DNA of 64,000 nt from Eledone cirrhosa (GCA_964016885.1 OZ024743.1:313410001-313474000), one strand, 5' to 3'. Shown: positions 1 through 14,282, numbered from the stretch's first letter. A program made the numbers and translations. Notes: a model not told the origin generated them from the letters alone.

Positions 1-639
1 TCTTTCTTTATTCTATATTTCTAGGTTGAATTGCACCAACTTTCCTAAAACAATCCTACATATCTCACAATACTTTATATAAACTATATACATCTGACGT
101 TGTATTTAGATAAGACTAATCCAAGCAGCTCTCATTTATAATATTGATGTTTTAATAAATATATCCTATTTGTATTACGTAAAAGATTTTTCAGTCTCAA
201 TAAATAATATCCTCTTTTTATTTCATAACAGATTTTTCAATCTTAATAAATACGTCCTATATATTTCATAAAATTTTAAGTCTTTGTGACGGCTTCTCAG
301 AAAGCAAAATATGTTTTCAAATTTCTCCAAATGCTTCGTAAACGAGCCAATGTTGTTTACGTTTATAAATTAACAGCTAATGCTTCTTCAAAAACCAAAA
401 AAACTTTAAAGAATGGCTAGGGAGGCTTCGATGTTATAGTTAATGACGTTCATCAAATATACAAGAGATTTGTAGTTCTATTCCCTCTTTTTCTGTTTTG
501 AGGTGTACTTTATCCGAGATGTTCTACTATTATTTATAGTTCATCTGCATTTTGTAGGCTTTCCAAAAGCAAAACATATTTTCATATCCTATTTTTATTT
601 CATAATAAACTTTTTACTATTAATAAGTATATCCCGTTT

Positions 640-765
640 GTAATTTAAAGCGTTGGGGCATCGGATTAAATACCTTGATACTTCGGAATTTTCCTCGCAT
701 TACTGCGCTTCAAATACTGCCGAGGTCAACTTTGCCTTTCATTCACACGGGGTTAATAAACTAAG
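640..765 (+). mobile_element. Degenerate tRNA-derived SINE (dominant family in this window)
   Basis: Contains cttcaaatactgccgaggtcaactttgcctttcattc...ggggttaataaa, a diverged match to the core seen in more than 10 copies in this window. Confidence 0.6.
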
Positions 766-1099
766 GACCTGTCCAGAGGGGAAGGATTGGGTGAATTGCT
801 AATGAGTTGATATCTGCTCCGGCTTCGTGCATCCTGAGCTCAAATTCCGCCTACTTCTGCCAGGGGTTGTGAAGGACAGATAACTCATTGTATTCAATAC
901 TATAGGCTTTTGAATTAAACAGTCAAAGAATTTTGTCTTTATAATTTTAGATATCATTCCCCCTCTCTCTCCCCTTCCCTCACTCCCCCCTCTCTCTCTA
1001 TCTATCTCTCCCTCTCTCGCTCACGTACATACACACACTCACATAAGGGATACATTTATTGAAGTAAGAAAAGTAGAGAATAGTCTGGTCGTGAAAGTA

Positions 1100-1345
1100 A
1101 CGTGCAAATGGCTCAGCATTTCACCGACACGTGCTTCGCTAACGTAGTTCTCAAGGATATTTCGCGTGACACAGTGTATGACAAAGCTGGGTCTTTGAAT
1201 TACAGGCATATCGCATTTTCCCCACCTGAGTGGAATAAAATCTTTGCGAAAAAAAACAACCCAAAACAGCACGCCACACGGTCCGGGTATCCAACTCCCG
1301 ACCTGACGGCCATGAGCCGAAAAACCTAACCACAAAGCCACATGT
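1100..1345 (-). mobile_element. Degenerate tRNA-headed SINE
   Basis: Reverse complement of about 1270-1340 reads as a tRNA-like head with A/B-box-like motifs; similar to the head at about 48830-48920. Confidence 0.5.
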
Positions 1346-1682
1346 CATCACTCAAATTCGACGCATCGTTCCTAAGCCACACACGCTCATAATGGAAATC
1401 AATTTCTCCGTAAAATGGGAAAGACAGCGGCCCGTTTGAGGAGTTAGCGCAGTGAGGTGGGGGTGGCTGTTATAACGGGTGTCTCTGGCCATTCTCTGCG
1501 TTAACGTTTTCGCCATTTTATACACGGGGCACGACTCAGGCACGGCCCAGATTGGGATGCAGTGACTAACAATATTTCCCTCCCTTTCTTTTGTTGCATG
1601 ATTCTTTTTTGCTTTTCCTTCTTTTCATTTCCTTTTTGTTCTTTCTAATGTGTTCCCTTTAAAATTTGTTTCTATTGTAGAC

Positions 1683-1852
1683 ACAAGGCCAGTAATTTGG
1701 GGGAGGTGAAAATCGATTAAATCGACCCCAGTGCATTACTGGTGGTTTACTTTATCGACCCCGTGAGGATGAAAGGAGGGATTTGAACTCAGGATATAAG
1801 GGCCGTAACACTATGCCGCTAAGCGCTATTGATTGTGCCATTCCACCGCCCT
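1683..1852 (-). mobile_element. tRNA-derived SINE
   Basis: cacaaggcc...tcgaccccagtgcattactgg...tttatcgaccccgtgaggatgaaagg...atttgaactcag matches copies at 22.8, 23.5 and 51.2 kb. Confidence 0.8.
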
Positions 1853-2374
1853 ATAGTAATATGTTTTGTTTTAGACTTTTACTTGTTGGTGTTAGAAACA
1901 GACAGAATAAATAGGTTAGCATATGTGAAAAGGCACATTTGATAGGTTGACTAGTGAATTATAGAGAGGATAATGTGAAGAAGCCTTATTATATAGTATG
2001 AGACAGAAGCCAAAGATTTAGAGAGTAAATATTTGTTCTGTCAATAAAACAACAGGCTTCAGTCAAGTAAAGGCTGGCAGGAGGAAACAGAACTATTCTT
2101 ACAGACGACAATCATCTAACATGTCCACAATATTTAGATTTCATGTTTATTTAGATTTTCTCGCATACTCACGTTTTACTACATCTTTCTCTCTATCTTT
2201 TTTGTTCTTTCCTTCCTTTCTCGTCATCCATTATCACTCTCTCTATCGATATAACACACATACACACACAAACACACAGAGACATACACACACAAACTCA
2301 CAGAGACATACACACACAAACGCATACATAAATATGTATTTATGCACGTTTGTGTGTGCATGTATTTGTCTGTA

Positions 2375-2443
<69 letters not shown>

Positions 2444-2494
2444 AGGGAGACACAAAGCAGGCTTTGTTTAGAAACGACTAACGAATTTGAAAAT

Positions 2495-2788
2495 TAGGTG
2501 GTAACATGTGCTTACGCCGTATTTTACTAAATAGAATTTAGTCTTAGTTGGGCTTTTAAAAAGCCCCCTGAATGGAAAAAAGGATGAGTAATGACGTATA
2601 TGGGAAGGAGGCATGGGTGGCGTATTGGTGTAATGGTAACACATTGGTCCGGCAAACCAAAGATGTTGGTACGTGATCCAGGTACGTCAATACTCACCCT
2701 TTTTTCCATTCAGCGGGTTTTTTAAAAATCCCAACTAACAGAGTAATTCTATTTAGTCAAATACAGCGTAAACACATGTTACTAGCTA
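2495..2788. mobile_element. MITE-like fold-back element with ~100 bp imperfect terminal inverted repeats
   Basis: Arm 2495-2598 (taggtggtaacatgtgcttacgccgtatt...gagtaatgacgta) is the imperfect reverse complement of 2683-2788 (tacgtcaatactc...aatacagcgtaaacacatgttactagcta); TA at both ends. Confidence 0.8.
2619..2689 (+). pseudogene. tRNA-like cloverleaf (anticodon position GGC), degenerate T arm
   Basis: Acceptor stem GGCGTAT/GTACGTC+A, D arm GTGT-AATGGTA-ACAC, anticodon stem TTGGT/ACCAA with loop CCGGCAA. The T loop lacks TTCG. Confidence 0.6.
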
Positions 2789-2834
2789 TTCTATACTCAA
2801 TATATCTATATATATACATATATATGTGTGTGTG

Positions 2835-2893
<59 letters not shown>

Positions 2894-2895
<2 letters not shown>

Positions 2896-5597
2896 AGGGC
2901 GGGTAAAATTCCCGAGATCCATGGACGAGTTCTCTCCAGCAGTCTCTGTCCCTCATTATCGCTGCCATGTCCTGCGTCTCCAACAGACCAGTGTCTGTCC
3001 TTAGGGCATCAACATACGTTAACCTTGGTCTTCCTCTTCCAGTGTGTCCATGTAGGTGCTCCCATAGGAGCACTGAGTGCAATGTCAACTCTGGATGTCG
3101 GTGAGCATGTCCAGCTAACCTCAGTCTCCTCTGTGTCACTTTCGAGCTGACTTTTGGGAGGCTCCCATACACCTCTAAGTTTTTCATCCTCAGTGTATAC
3201 TGATTAATGTTCAGAGCCATCCTCAGCATTCTCGTGTAGCACCCATCCACCATCTGAGTGAGTTTCTTGGCCAGTGTCCAAGTTTCAGACCCGTACAGCA
3301 GCACAGACTCCACTACGGCAATGAAGAGGCGGATTTTCAGGTCTTTACGAAGGTCCGACTTCCACACCGATCTCAAGCTGTGGCATGCCGCGCAGGCTTT
3401 GCTCTTCCTCTCAACCACATCATCTTCCGTATTCCCAATCTTTGCTCACAAATACAGGAATACCTCAACCAAATCTAGCGGCTTCCCGCCTACATTAGTG
3501 ATCCTCTCTGGCTTCTCAACATTCTCTACCAGATATTTTGTTTTAGTCTCATTCATTCTCAGCCCCACACTCATCGACACAGTCTCAACCTCCCGCATCA
3601 AATCCTTTGCCTCCTTCACTGTCTTGTCACCAAACCTATGTCGTCCGCAAATTCAGCATCCGATATTTCTTTGCCTTAACTCTCCTGCTCTGAGCTGCTA
3701 TTACAGTTAAGCCAGAGTCATGTTGTTTCTCCAGTGCAAGGCGCATACAATAGTCCACTACGATGATAAAAATGTAGGGAGCCAATGTATTTCCCTGGGG
3801 CACTCCAGCCAGTATCTCAAAGAACTCTGTCATCCCATCAGGTGTAATGACTTGGGCTTTGGTCTTGGTGTAGAACAGTGATATCAGGTCCGCTAGCTTC
3901 TTGGGGATTCCATAAGCCTGTAAGAGCTTCACCAGGCAGTGACAGTCCACAGAATCAAAAGCCTTCCTAAAGTCAATGAAAACCATGACCGTAGGAAGGC
4001 ACATTGCTCTAGCTCCCTCTAATATCCTCCTCAGCATCAGGATGTGACTGGTGGTTGATCTTCCCTCTCTGAAACCGTTCTGGTTGTCCCTGAGCTTCTT
4101 CTCCATCTCAGGCTGGATCCTGTTAAGAATCATCCTGTTGTGGGTCTTTGCCACAAGTGACGTCCGTGAGATCCCCCGGTAGTTGTTGGTGTTAGAGAGA
4201 TCTCTCTTCTTTTGCACTGGGACGATGTTACTGCTCCACCACTGATTGGGGGCAACTCCTTTTTCCAGTGCCCGGTTACAGAACCCCAGGATGATATCAT
4301 CAAAATCACGCCTCTTCATCACCTCTGATGCCACTACATCTTCTCCATGAGCCTTGCCCTCCTTGATCCTCTTCTTGGCTCTCTGAAGCTCCTCTCTGGT
4401 GAAGGGCCCTGTCTCAACATCCAGTTCCTCAAACAGCCGCCTGATCTCCACAGTGCTCTGGGCTGTGGAGGGTGTCTCTCCTAGTAGGGTCCTAAAATTG
4501 TCTAGCCATTTCCTCTTCCTATCATCGGGCCCCGTTCCCTGGATATGACTCGAACACCTTCTCTTCCTCCCTGTGATCTCGTTGATGATCATCCAGCTCT
4601 CCTTACATCCAGATCTGTCAACCGTTCTCACCACACTTCTGATCTTCTCTATCAGTGCCTCCTCTCTGGCCTCAGTGAAAGCGGTACAGAGTTCTTCCCT
4701 CATCACCTCCACAGTCTCCATCCTCTCCTCCGTAGGATCAGCATAGAATTGGTCCTTGGCAGCTTTCAGGTGTTCTCTGGCTGCACACACTTTTGGGTCT
4801 GCAGAGCTGACGTGCTTCCTTTTGTTCTTTTTCCTCGGCTCCAGGGTTTCACTTGTTTCCGCCACTGCATTGATGTAGTACCCGTACCTCCTTGTCAGAC
4901 TCTCCTCAGTCCATCCAATCTCTCTCTCCTTTGTCTCTCCACACAGAGCACTGAACCTGTTCCTCACTTCCACTGTGAACCTCTCCTGTAGCTTATCATC
5001 TTCCTTGGAAGCTCCCCTGTCATAGATTGCTCTCCGGGGCCGAGCCTTGCTATTTATTAAGCTCATCCGAACCTCACCCATAACAAGCCCGTGGTCACTC
5101 GCCAGTGTACTGAAATAGTTGTATGGTTCTGTGTTAAGAACACTATTCCGCCACTTTTTCCTCACCAGAATGAAATTAATCTGGGACTTGAACAGGTGCA
5201 TATCTGAGATGTAGGTCCACATCTTCCCCAGATTCTTCCTAAATTTTAGGTTGGTCGCTATCAAGTTCGCCTCCAGCAGGGTGTCTCTCAGTAGTCTTCC
5301 ATTTTGGTTGGTGTTGTTATGGAATTACCAGCAAAGATCTTCACTGCTCTCCTTACATGTGCATTGAAGTCACCCGAAACAAGCAGGATGCTGTGTGCTT
5401 GACTGGTGTTGACAGCTCTACACACCTCCCCATGGAACTCTTCCGCACTCACATCACTGTCCCCTCGGTTGGACTATAGTCTGAGATGACTGTCAGTCTT
5501 GGATTTCCATTGAAGGTCACCCTCAGCACTCGCGGGGAGATAGGCATTATTTCCCTCACCAATAGAGTGGTTTTTGTGCTGAAAACAAAACCCACTC
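2894..5597 (-). mobile_element. RTE-clade LINE, 3' part (APE from GVGFV, RT, C-terminus), disrupted
   Basis: ORFs 3636-5264 and 2894-3418 carry RT motifs (NYRGIS, QNGFR, FIDFRKAFDSV, GVPQG) and the RTE C-terminus (LLYGSETW, LAGH, GRPRLTY). The 5280-5597 region encodes APE remnants. The stop codon abuts (TA)n. Confidence 0.93.
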
Positions 5598-5633
5598 AAA
5601 AACAAAACCCACTCAAAACCCACTCATCACTCA

Positions 5634-7064
5634 GTGATGAAGAGGTGTGATTTTGATGATATCATCCTGGGGTTCTATAACCGGGCACTGGAGAAAGGAG
5701 TTGCCCGGATTCAGTGGAGGATCAGTAACATCGTCCCAGTGCCAAAGAAGGGAGATCTCTCTAACACCAACAACTACAGGGGGATCTCACTGACGTCACT
5801 TGTGGCAAAGACCCTCAACAGGATGATTCTTAACAGGATCCAGCCTGAGATGGAGAAGAAGCTCAGGGACAACCAGAACGGCTTCAGAGAGGATAGATCA
5901 ACCACCAGTCACATCCTGATGATTAGGAGGATATTAGAGGGAGCTAGAGCAAAGTGCCTTCCTGCGATCATGGTTTTCATTGACTTTAGGAAGGCCTTTG
6001 ATTCTGTGGACCGTTACTGCCTGATGAAGATCTTACAGGCTTATGGAATCCCCAAGAAGATAGTGGACCTGATATCACTGCTCTACACCAACACCAAAGC
6101 CCAAGTCATTACACCTGATGGGATGACAGAGTTCTTTGAGATACTGGCTGGAGTGCTCCAGGGAGATACATTGGCTCCCTACCTTTTTATCATCGTAGTG
6201 GACTATTATATGCGCCTTACACTGGAGAAACACCAGGACGCTGGCTTTACTGTAGCACCGGCTCAGAGCAGGAGAGTTAGGGCGAAAAAGGTATCGGATG
6301 CTGAATTTGCCGACGATATAGTTTTGGTGACAAATACAGTGAAGGAGGCAGAGGATTTGATGCGGGAGGTTGAGACTGTGTCGATGAGTGTGGGGCTGAG
6401 AATGAATGAGACTAAAACAAAATATCTGGTAGAGAATGTTGAGAAGCCAGAGGGGATCACTAATGTAGGCGGGAAGCCGCTAGAATTGGTTGAGGGCTTC
6501 CTGTATTTGGGAGCAAAGATTGGGAATACGGAAGATGATGTGGTTGAGAGGAAGAGCAAAGCCTGAGCGGCGTGCCACAGCTTGAGATCGGTGTGGAAGT
6601 CGGACCTTCGTAAAGACCTGAAAATCCGCCTCTTCATTGCCGTAGTGGAGTCTGTGCTGCGGTATGCGTCTGAGACTTGGACACTGACCAAGAAACTCAC
6701 TCAGATGGTGGATGGGTGCTACACGAGAATGCTTAGGATAGCTCTGAACATTAATCAGTATACACTGAGGATGAAAAACTCAGAGGTGTATGGGAGCATC
6801 CCAAAAGTCAGCTCAAAAGTGACACAGAGGAGACTGAGGTTAGTTGGACATGCTCACTGACATACTGAGTTGCCATTGCACTCAGTGCTCCTGTGGGAGC
6901 CCCTACATGGACACACTAGAAGAGGAAGACCAAGGTTAACGTATGTTGATGCCCTAAGGACAGACACTGGTCTGTTGGAGACGCAGGACATGGCAGCGAT
7001 AATGAGGAACAGAGACCGCTGGAGAGAACTCGTCCATGGATTTCGGGAATTTTACCCGCCTTAG
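5634..7064 (+). mobile_element. RTE-clade LINE, RT and 3' end, disrupted; same family as 2894-5597
   Basis: ORFs 5634-6566 (GVLQGDTLAP, FADD, FLYLG), 6582-6860 and 6870-7064 are separated by in-frame stops and are near-identical to the minus copy. It ends in TAG followed by (AT)n. Confidence 0.93.
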
Positions 7065-7199
<135 letters not shown>

Positions 7200-7299
7200 C
7201 AAACATAAATTATCGAGATTCGCATTTCCACCCACGAAATAACGAAATACAACCTCCGAGATGTGCGGCAAGTGCTCAATATATAAGTGCTCAACATTG

Positions 7300-7337
<38 letters not shown>

Positions 7338-7512
7338 ATATATATACAGTCAAGAGTAACCAATCTTAAAGAGAGAGATGGAGATTGGAGAGGAGAGATT
7401 GGTGAATTAGTTAGAAGCCAAAGCGTAAAGGCATGGGCTCAATGTGCAATATGCAGTGGAAGGCAGCTAGGTGACTGGGTTCATGCAGAGGTTAGGTGCA
7501 CAGAGCTGGAAA

Positions 7513-8020
7513 TATTCATTAGTTAAGCAAAACAAGACCGCCAATTTCACAAGGAAGACATTATTAAAAGATTGTCAACATATTTTTGTTTGATGTAAGG
7601 AATGTAGAGAATAATGATAATATTAATAATAATAATGTCCGTTTACAATTGTTTCGCTACTCCATATAATATTTCTGGATCAAATGATTATATATCATTA
7701 TTGATCTGAGTGAAATACCAACATATGGAACATTACATTTATGTAACATTCTTTCCTTGTTGTAATTTATATTCCTTTCGAAGGACCGATAAGCTACTCT
7801 ATTTCTACGTATGTTAATTATTTTCAACTGAACCAGATCAATAATGATATATAATCATTTGATCCAGAAATATTATATGGAGTAGCGAAACAATTGAAAA
7901 CGGACATTATTATTATTAATATTCTCTACATTTCTTACATCAAACTAAAATATGTTGACAATCTTTTAATAATGTCTTCCTTGTGAAATTTGTGGTCTTG
8001 TTTTACTTAACTAATGAATA
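7513..8020. repeat. ~190 bp inverted repeat with ~125 bp spacer; probable Penelope-like pLTR remnant
   Basis: 7513-7708 is the reverse complement of 7834-8020 with a few mismatches and one short indel. The arms contain GAGTAGC-GAAACAATTG(TA), a hammerhead 3' half. Confidence 0.85.
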
Positions 8021-8056
<36 letters not shown>

Positions 8057-8162
8057 GAAGTTATATTTAATTTGTTGGGATTTAACAAGCTGACTATCCA
8101 GTGAACCTTCAACGGTCAAGGTTGTTTTTCTACGGTCAACAATTATGAAACATATTTTGTAC

Positions 8163-8221
8163 TTTATCTGATGAAAGCGCACCAAAATTACCTTGGTTGC
8201 CCTTGAAATATATATAATAAA
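8163..8221 (+). ncRNA. Type I minimal hammerhead ribozyme
   Basis: Stem I TTTAT/ATAAA; CTGATGA at 8168-8174; imperfect stem II AAGCGCACCAA/TTGGTTGCCCTT; GAAA at 8205-8208; palindromic TATATA; cleavage triplet ATA. Confidence 0.7.
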
Positions 8222-8262
8222 ATAATTATGGTTTTATAAATATAGTTTCCATTTATTAATAT

Positions 8263-8352
<90 letters not shown>

Positions 8353-8819
8353 ACGTATATATATACAAATATAGAGACAGCATTTAACATGCTTCTATAT
8401 AAAATCTCATCCCATTTTCGATAACTCTCTGTTCTTTATTCTAACATGCTTCTTTTGAGATTAAGATATTGCCATTAGATATTTTACTGATTATAAAATC
8501 GTTGCATAAATATATCATCCAAAATTCATTGATAAACTTAAGACATATGTGTGTGTATGTATGTGTGTACGTAGGTACCCATGTATGTATCTATGTATGT
8601 ACGTATGTCTGTATGTACATATGTATGTATGTATGTTTGTATGTACGTATATATGTATGTATATATGTATGTATGTATGAACGCATGTATGTACGTATGG
8701 ATGTATAATGACTAACGGTAATAGAAAGAATCAACCAATGAGAGATTGTCACGTTCTTTCTTTCTTTAATTCTGTCTGTCACACTGAATTGAATATCAAT
8801 ATCCTAACACATGCGCGCA

Positions 8820-9290
<471 letters not shown>

Positions 9291-9698
9291 TAAAGGAAAA
9301 CTCTTTTCATATCATGACATAACTCTGCCCTCGGCTTTTGGCAGCCATATTGATTTAAGTACTTGAGGTTAGAAATCATCACGATGCTTGATTAACTTGA
9401 GTATGCTATATTTCTCTTTATTTCCCTCAATATTAAGGCTTCATTAATTCATAAATGAATCTCAATTGAAACCTAACGGGTTAGAATTTCCATTTGACAA
9501 TGATATAGACAAGAAAACTTCCAAATGATGGCTACTTACTGTATAATTCAATTGATTCCATTTGTCCAACAGACATTGTGTATATGTATTTAAATATATA
9601 TATATGTGTTTGTGTGTGTGTGTGTGTATGCGTATGTGTGTGTGTTTCTGTGTGTATTATATTATAGTAACATATATATGTATACATACATATATATA

Positions 9699-9729
<31 letters not shown>

Positions 9730-10559
9730 TTATGTAAAGTTTATCCCGAGTTCAATCGGGAGTAACCACAGTAAGAAAGGTACTCAATACATAGCAGAGT
9801 ATACATATTTAATATAGCAGGACTAGAACTGTTTCATATATATATATAGCTACCACTCTTCTAAGCATTAGTTGTGTCCTTGGAAGGGATAGGGTCTCTT
9901 GTATGACCTGAGTTCGTTTCCAACCTCTTCTTCTTCTTGTCCAATAGGATATTGTCCAACATGATTTACTGTCGTGGTTGACTCTATTAAACTTAATCTT
10001 TACACGGGCCCTCGCAGATAATGAGGGCTTATGCTCAGATTTGTGCATCTAGTTTTGCCGCCTTTCGAGTCTATCCCATACGCCCAGTTATAGTGCATGA
10101 TGATTGGAGTAGATTGTGATCTTAAATCACTTGAATTAAGTTATCCTTTATGTCTCTCGATGCATGAGCATAACGTTTCTTTAATTCGTTTCACACTAGT
10201 TTAGTTTCAAAGAGACACTGGTAACGGTAATCCGATTTTTACATAATATTTCTTTAAATATTCGATAATGTCACGTCCGGTATTGCAATCTGAAATATGT
10301 TTTCTTTAATCGAAGGTAAAATGTACGTCCGGTATTGAAACTGCTTGCCTTGTCTTAAAGTTAGAAACCATTTTTGAATTGAAGAATTGTGTAAACAGAA
10401 TTGTTCCTATTGAAAAGAACTATTTCTTTTAAAATATTAAAGGAAAACAGTAACGTTCGGTAGAATTCTATGCATTGTTTAATATTAGTAGAATTCACTG
10501 CAATCGCCATTCTATCAATAGAAAATGTAACCGAATATGTAGGTGTGTAAGAATGTATA

Positions 10560-10919
<360 letters not shown>

Positions 10920-12284
10920 GAAAGGGAGGAAAACGGCATCACATAGCCAACATCATGATGCTGGATATTTGATACGGTCTCTCTTACTTTTCTTAATATT
11001 GATACTGTTTTGATACCATATTCATAATACCTTGTGGCATCCGCCTGATTGCAACATTGTTGGTTGATTGCTTAGATCAACCAACACTAATTTCCATAGT
11101 ATATATATATGTGTGTGTGTGCGTGTGCGCGCGTGTGCGCGTGTGAATGTGTGTGTATACGTGTGTGTGTGTGTGTGCGTGCATGTGTGCGTTTGAGTGT
11201 GTGTGTGTAAACACATACGTGACATTAGGATATTCAAACTTACACATGCTATTGACAACTCTTTGTTGTCTTTCTGCTTTAATCATCTACATGATCATTT
11301 TTTTTTTTATAATAACATTGTTTTAACATATTGTATCACGTGTGTTACTATATATAGAGAATAATTTAGTGAGCGAATATTTGTCTTTTAATCACAATTA
11401 GTCCTGATCAGGTAGGCATATCATCGCAAGTAATTCCTCCATTACCTTATGTTCTTTAAAAATGTATCGTTCATTCACCTTTGTATAATAGAATGGCGGT
11501 CTGTTGAACAAAGCAAGGGGACCACGGTTGAAGTACATCACTCGATACTTCAGATTGAGTAGGTACATAATTTATATTTCATTTACAAGTGACAGTGTTG
11601 TTAATATTACTTCTAAATGAAACAAAATTATTTATGAATATGTACGTGTGAGTGTGTGCGTGCGTGTGTGCGTGCGTGTGTGCGTGTGTGTGTGCGTGCG
11701 TGTGTGCGTGCGTGTGTGTATATGTGAGAATACGTTTGTGGGTGTCGATTACTACATTTATTGCGGTCGAATTGGTAGACTTTTTAGAGTGTTGGGTATT
11801 TGTTTCCCCGAGACTAATACAGAAAAATGGTGAATAAGCCCTAAATGCTGCGTTACTGTCGGACTGTAAACTCAGCCCGTGTATTGATCACATTAGGCTG
11901 TATATTTGAATCTAAGGCGAGGAATAGGCAGTATCATTACAACGTCGCGTAGAATGCTTCGTGTTATAAGTTTTGTCACTTTGAGCTCTGAGTTGAAATA
12001 CCTCTCTTCCTCTCGCAGTGGATAATTAATGTAGCAATCCAGCACTGAGGTCGAATCTTCCTCTACATCTCTTTTTCACTTCTCTCTCACTTTCTCAGGA
12101 TGAAATCGCCGCCGTTAAGAGCTGGAGATGAATTGGCTCAGTTCGGTTTAAATTCGTATATGTACTAAACAACAACTTCATACCTACGACACCATCAGAA
12201 ATTAAGGGACCATGGAATTGTATTCAAGATATGAAAGCAGCGTAAAGTATCTGAATGATACATAGGTGATATTCATATTAGAAA

Positions 12285-12580
12285 TCAATATCTTCTTCTT
12301 GAAGAAGGTGAAGCATGCACAAATTCTTGTTCCAGACTTCCAGTTTTCTCATCACAGCAAAAAAAATCTCGTCCGGTGAGGCCAGTGTCCCTCATCAACA
12401 GAGTTCCGATCGTTATATTTCGACGCTTTGCATTTGGCGACCAAAGAAGCAGTTTCCCTGTAGGTTGATCATGGCGGGAAACATGACCAGCAAGAGCCAA
12501 GCGACGAGATCGAGCTTTCGATGAAACTTGTTAGTAGTGTGACTTTGCCATGAACTGTTGAACACCACGCGTAACAGTAA
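12285..12580 (-). mobile_element. Old RTE-type LINE 3' fragment
   Basis: ORF 12285-12500 reads LAGHVSRHDQPTGKLLLWSP...RDTGL, homologous to the RTE C-terminus above. Confidence 0.7.
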
Positions 12581-13298
12581 TAAATCAATGTAAGGGTGAT
12601 ATTATTAAAAGACCAATAACATATCATATGTTGATTGATTTACTAAAGTTAGATAATAGATTCTCATTTGCAAGCAAATGCAATAAAATTAATAATGCAT
12701 TTAATGAAAAAATGTTTTTGCTGAATATCGATATGGTATCGATAAATCATTTTGCTAGTTTGATAACATCAAAGTGGGAATATCATATCCGACGTACGAG
12801 ACTTATCTATTTCGATTCCACACAGGCGTCTCTATTCAATTTTTCTGACTAGAAAGGAGAGATATAAAGAGGTGCGATACAGAATACTACATGCCAAAAG
12901 CAGATGTGTAGTGTGCCCGATGCTTGGGTTATCAGGGTTAAATATTAGAGAAAGTTAATATTTAGTGTAAGGATTAAGCAGAGCTGGAATAAGCAAACAA
13001 ATGAGTGAATGAAAGAGTTAAAAGCCGTTAAAACATATCTGTATATAGCTCTTACACGTGTTTCGCCCAGGGGGGCTCGTATATATATATATATAATATA
13101 TAATTCGTTTTTGAACTTGCTTTGCGAGATTTCTTATCTGAAAACGTGTGTTGAATCATATATTGTTATACTTTGGGAGGGTCATGCTGCCAATAAAAAC
13201 GCACGCACCTATTGATTTTCACTTCAATTTATTGAACGTTTCTGGTTGGTTGGCTGGCTGGTTGGTTGGTTCGATAACCGGAAGGTTGTATATATATT

Positions 13299-13342
13299 GT
13301 TAAAGGTCTTTCGTCAAACATTCTGTGATCTCCTCAGTGACT
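13299..13342 (-). ncRNA. Degenerate type I hammerhead ribozyme
   Basis: Reverse complement: AGTCA-CTGAGGA-GATCA cagaatgtt TGAC-GAAA-GACC-TT-TAAC. Core intact; one lesion in each of stems I, II and III. Confidence 0.5.
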
Positions 13343-13534
13343 AGGTTTTTATTCTCTGTCTCTCCTTTGTTCTGTCTTACATCATCTAGTTTTTGTCAAA
13401 AACAAGATGATGTTCCAAGCCAAACAAAACATTTAAAAGGAAATCCTTAATAAAAAAGAATCAACTTGAGAGCAGTATTATTCTCAATGTTGCCTGTTTT
13501 GAAAGAAACGCCGTTACCTATATATGTATATATA

Positions 13535-13582
<48 letters not shown>

Positions 13583-13585
<3 letters not shown>

Positions 13586-14148
13586 CCTGGTTATGACATT
13601 AAACTAAATCCGGTGGCAAGGCTCCAGTTCGGGAGTTCAGGAGCTATGGGGAATGTGGAGTTGCCCCTTAGTTGTTATAACTCCCAGGTCTGCTCTGGCC
13701 CGGAGTAGTAGTACCTGTTAGGGCTCCATTTATAGGTTAAATAACTACCTTATTCGAGTGGCGCCGGTAAGGTATTGTCAGCCATTGAAAAGAAATATGG
13801 AGAGTCGATCTAACAGCACTAGGGTTAGAGCCCCTAATTACACTGTCAATGAGCAGTCTGGTCTTTATGACTCTGCTGGCTTAGAGCCACAGAGAGGGCC
13901 AGTGGATGATGGATTAGCTGTCTCTGAGACAAATATAAAGAATGCAGTTTTTTCCTGCAGAAGAGCCATCAAAATGGGCACTTTGAATGTGAGGAATATT
14001 CGGACGCTGGAGAAGAGAGAGGAGTTGGGACATCTGTTCGAGGAGAGTGGTATACAGATACTTGCGATCCAAGAACACAGGATCCTACACGATGAGCCCG
14101 TGAGGAGTGTGATGATCGGGAAGAGGAGCCAGCTCATCACTACATCAG
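13583..14148 (+). mobile_element. RTE LINE 5' end (5' UTR and APE N-terminus)
   Basis: Starts right after (TA)n. The ORF contains MGTLNVRNI...IQILAIQEHR (APE domains I-II) and breaks off at ...QLITTS. Confidence 0.88.
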
Positions 14149-14282
14149 AGGTACTACTACCCCGGGCTAGGGCAGACCTGGGAGTCATGACAACTAAGGG
14201 GTAACTCCACATTCCCCACAACTCCTGAACTCCCGAACTGGAGCCTTGCCACTGGATGTAGTTTAATGTCATACCCAGGACA
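14149..14282 (-). mobile_element. Second RTE 5' terminus (134 bp), inverted
   Basis: Reverse complement of 13583-13716 with several mismatches; its outer end abuts (TA)n. Confidence 0.88.

Noticed and set aside
13583-13750. Possible HDV-like ribozyme in the RTE 5' UTR
   Set aside because: Known for some RTEs, but I could not fold the nested double pseudoknot by eye; it needs a descriptor search.
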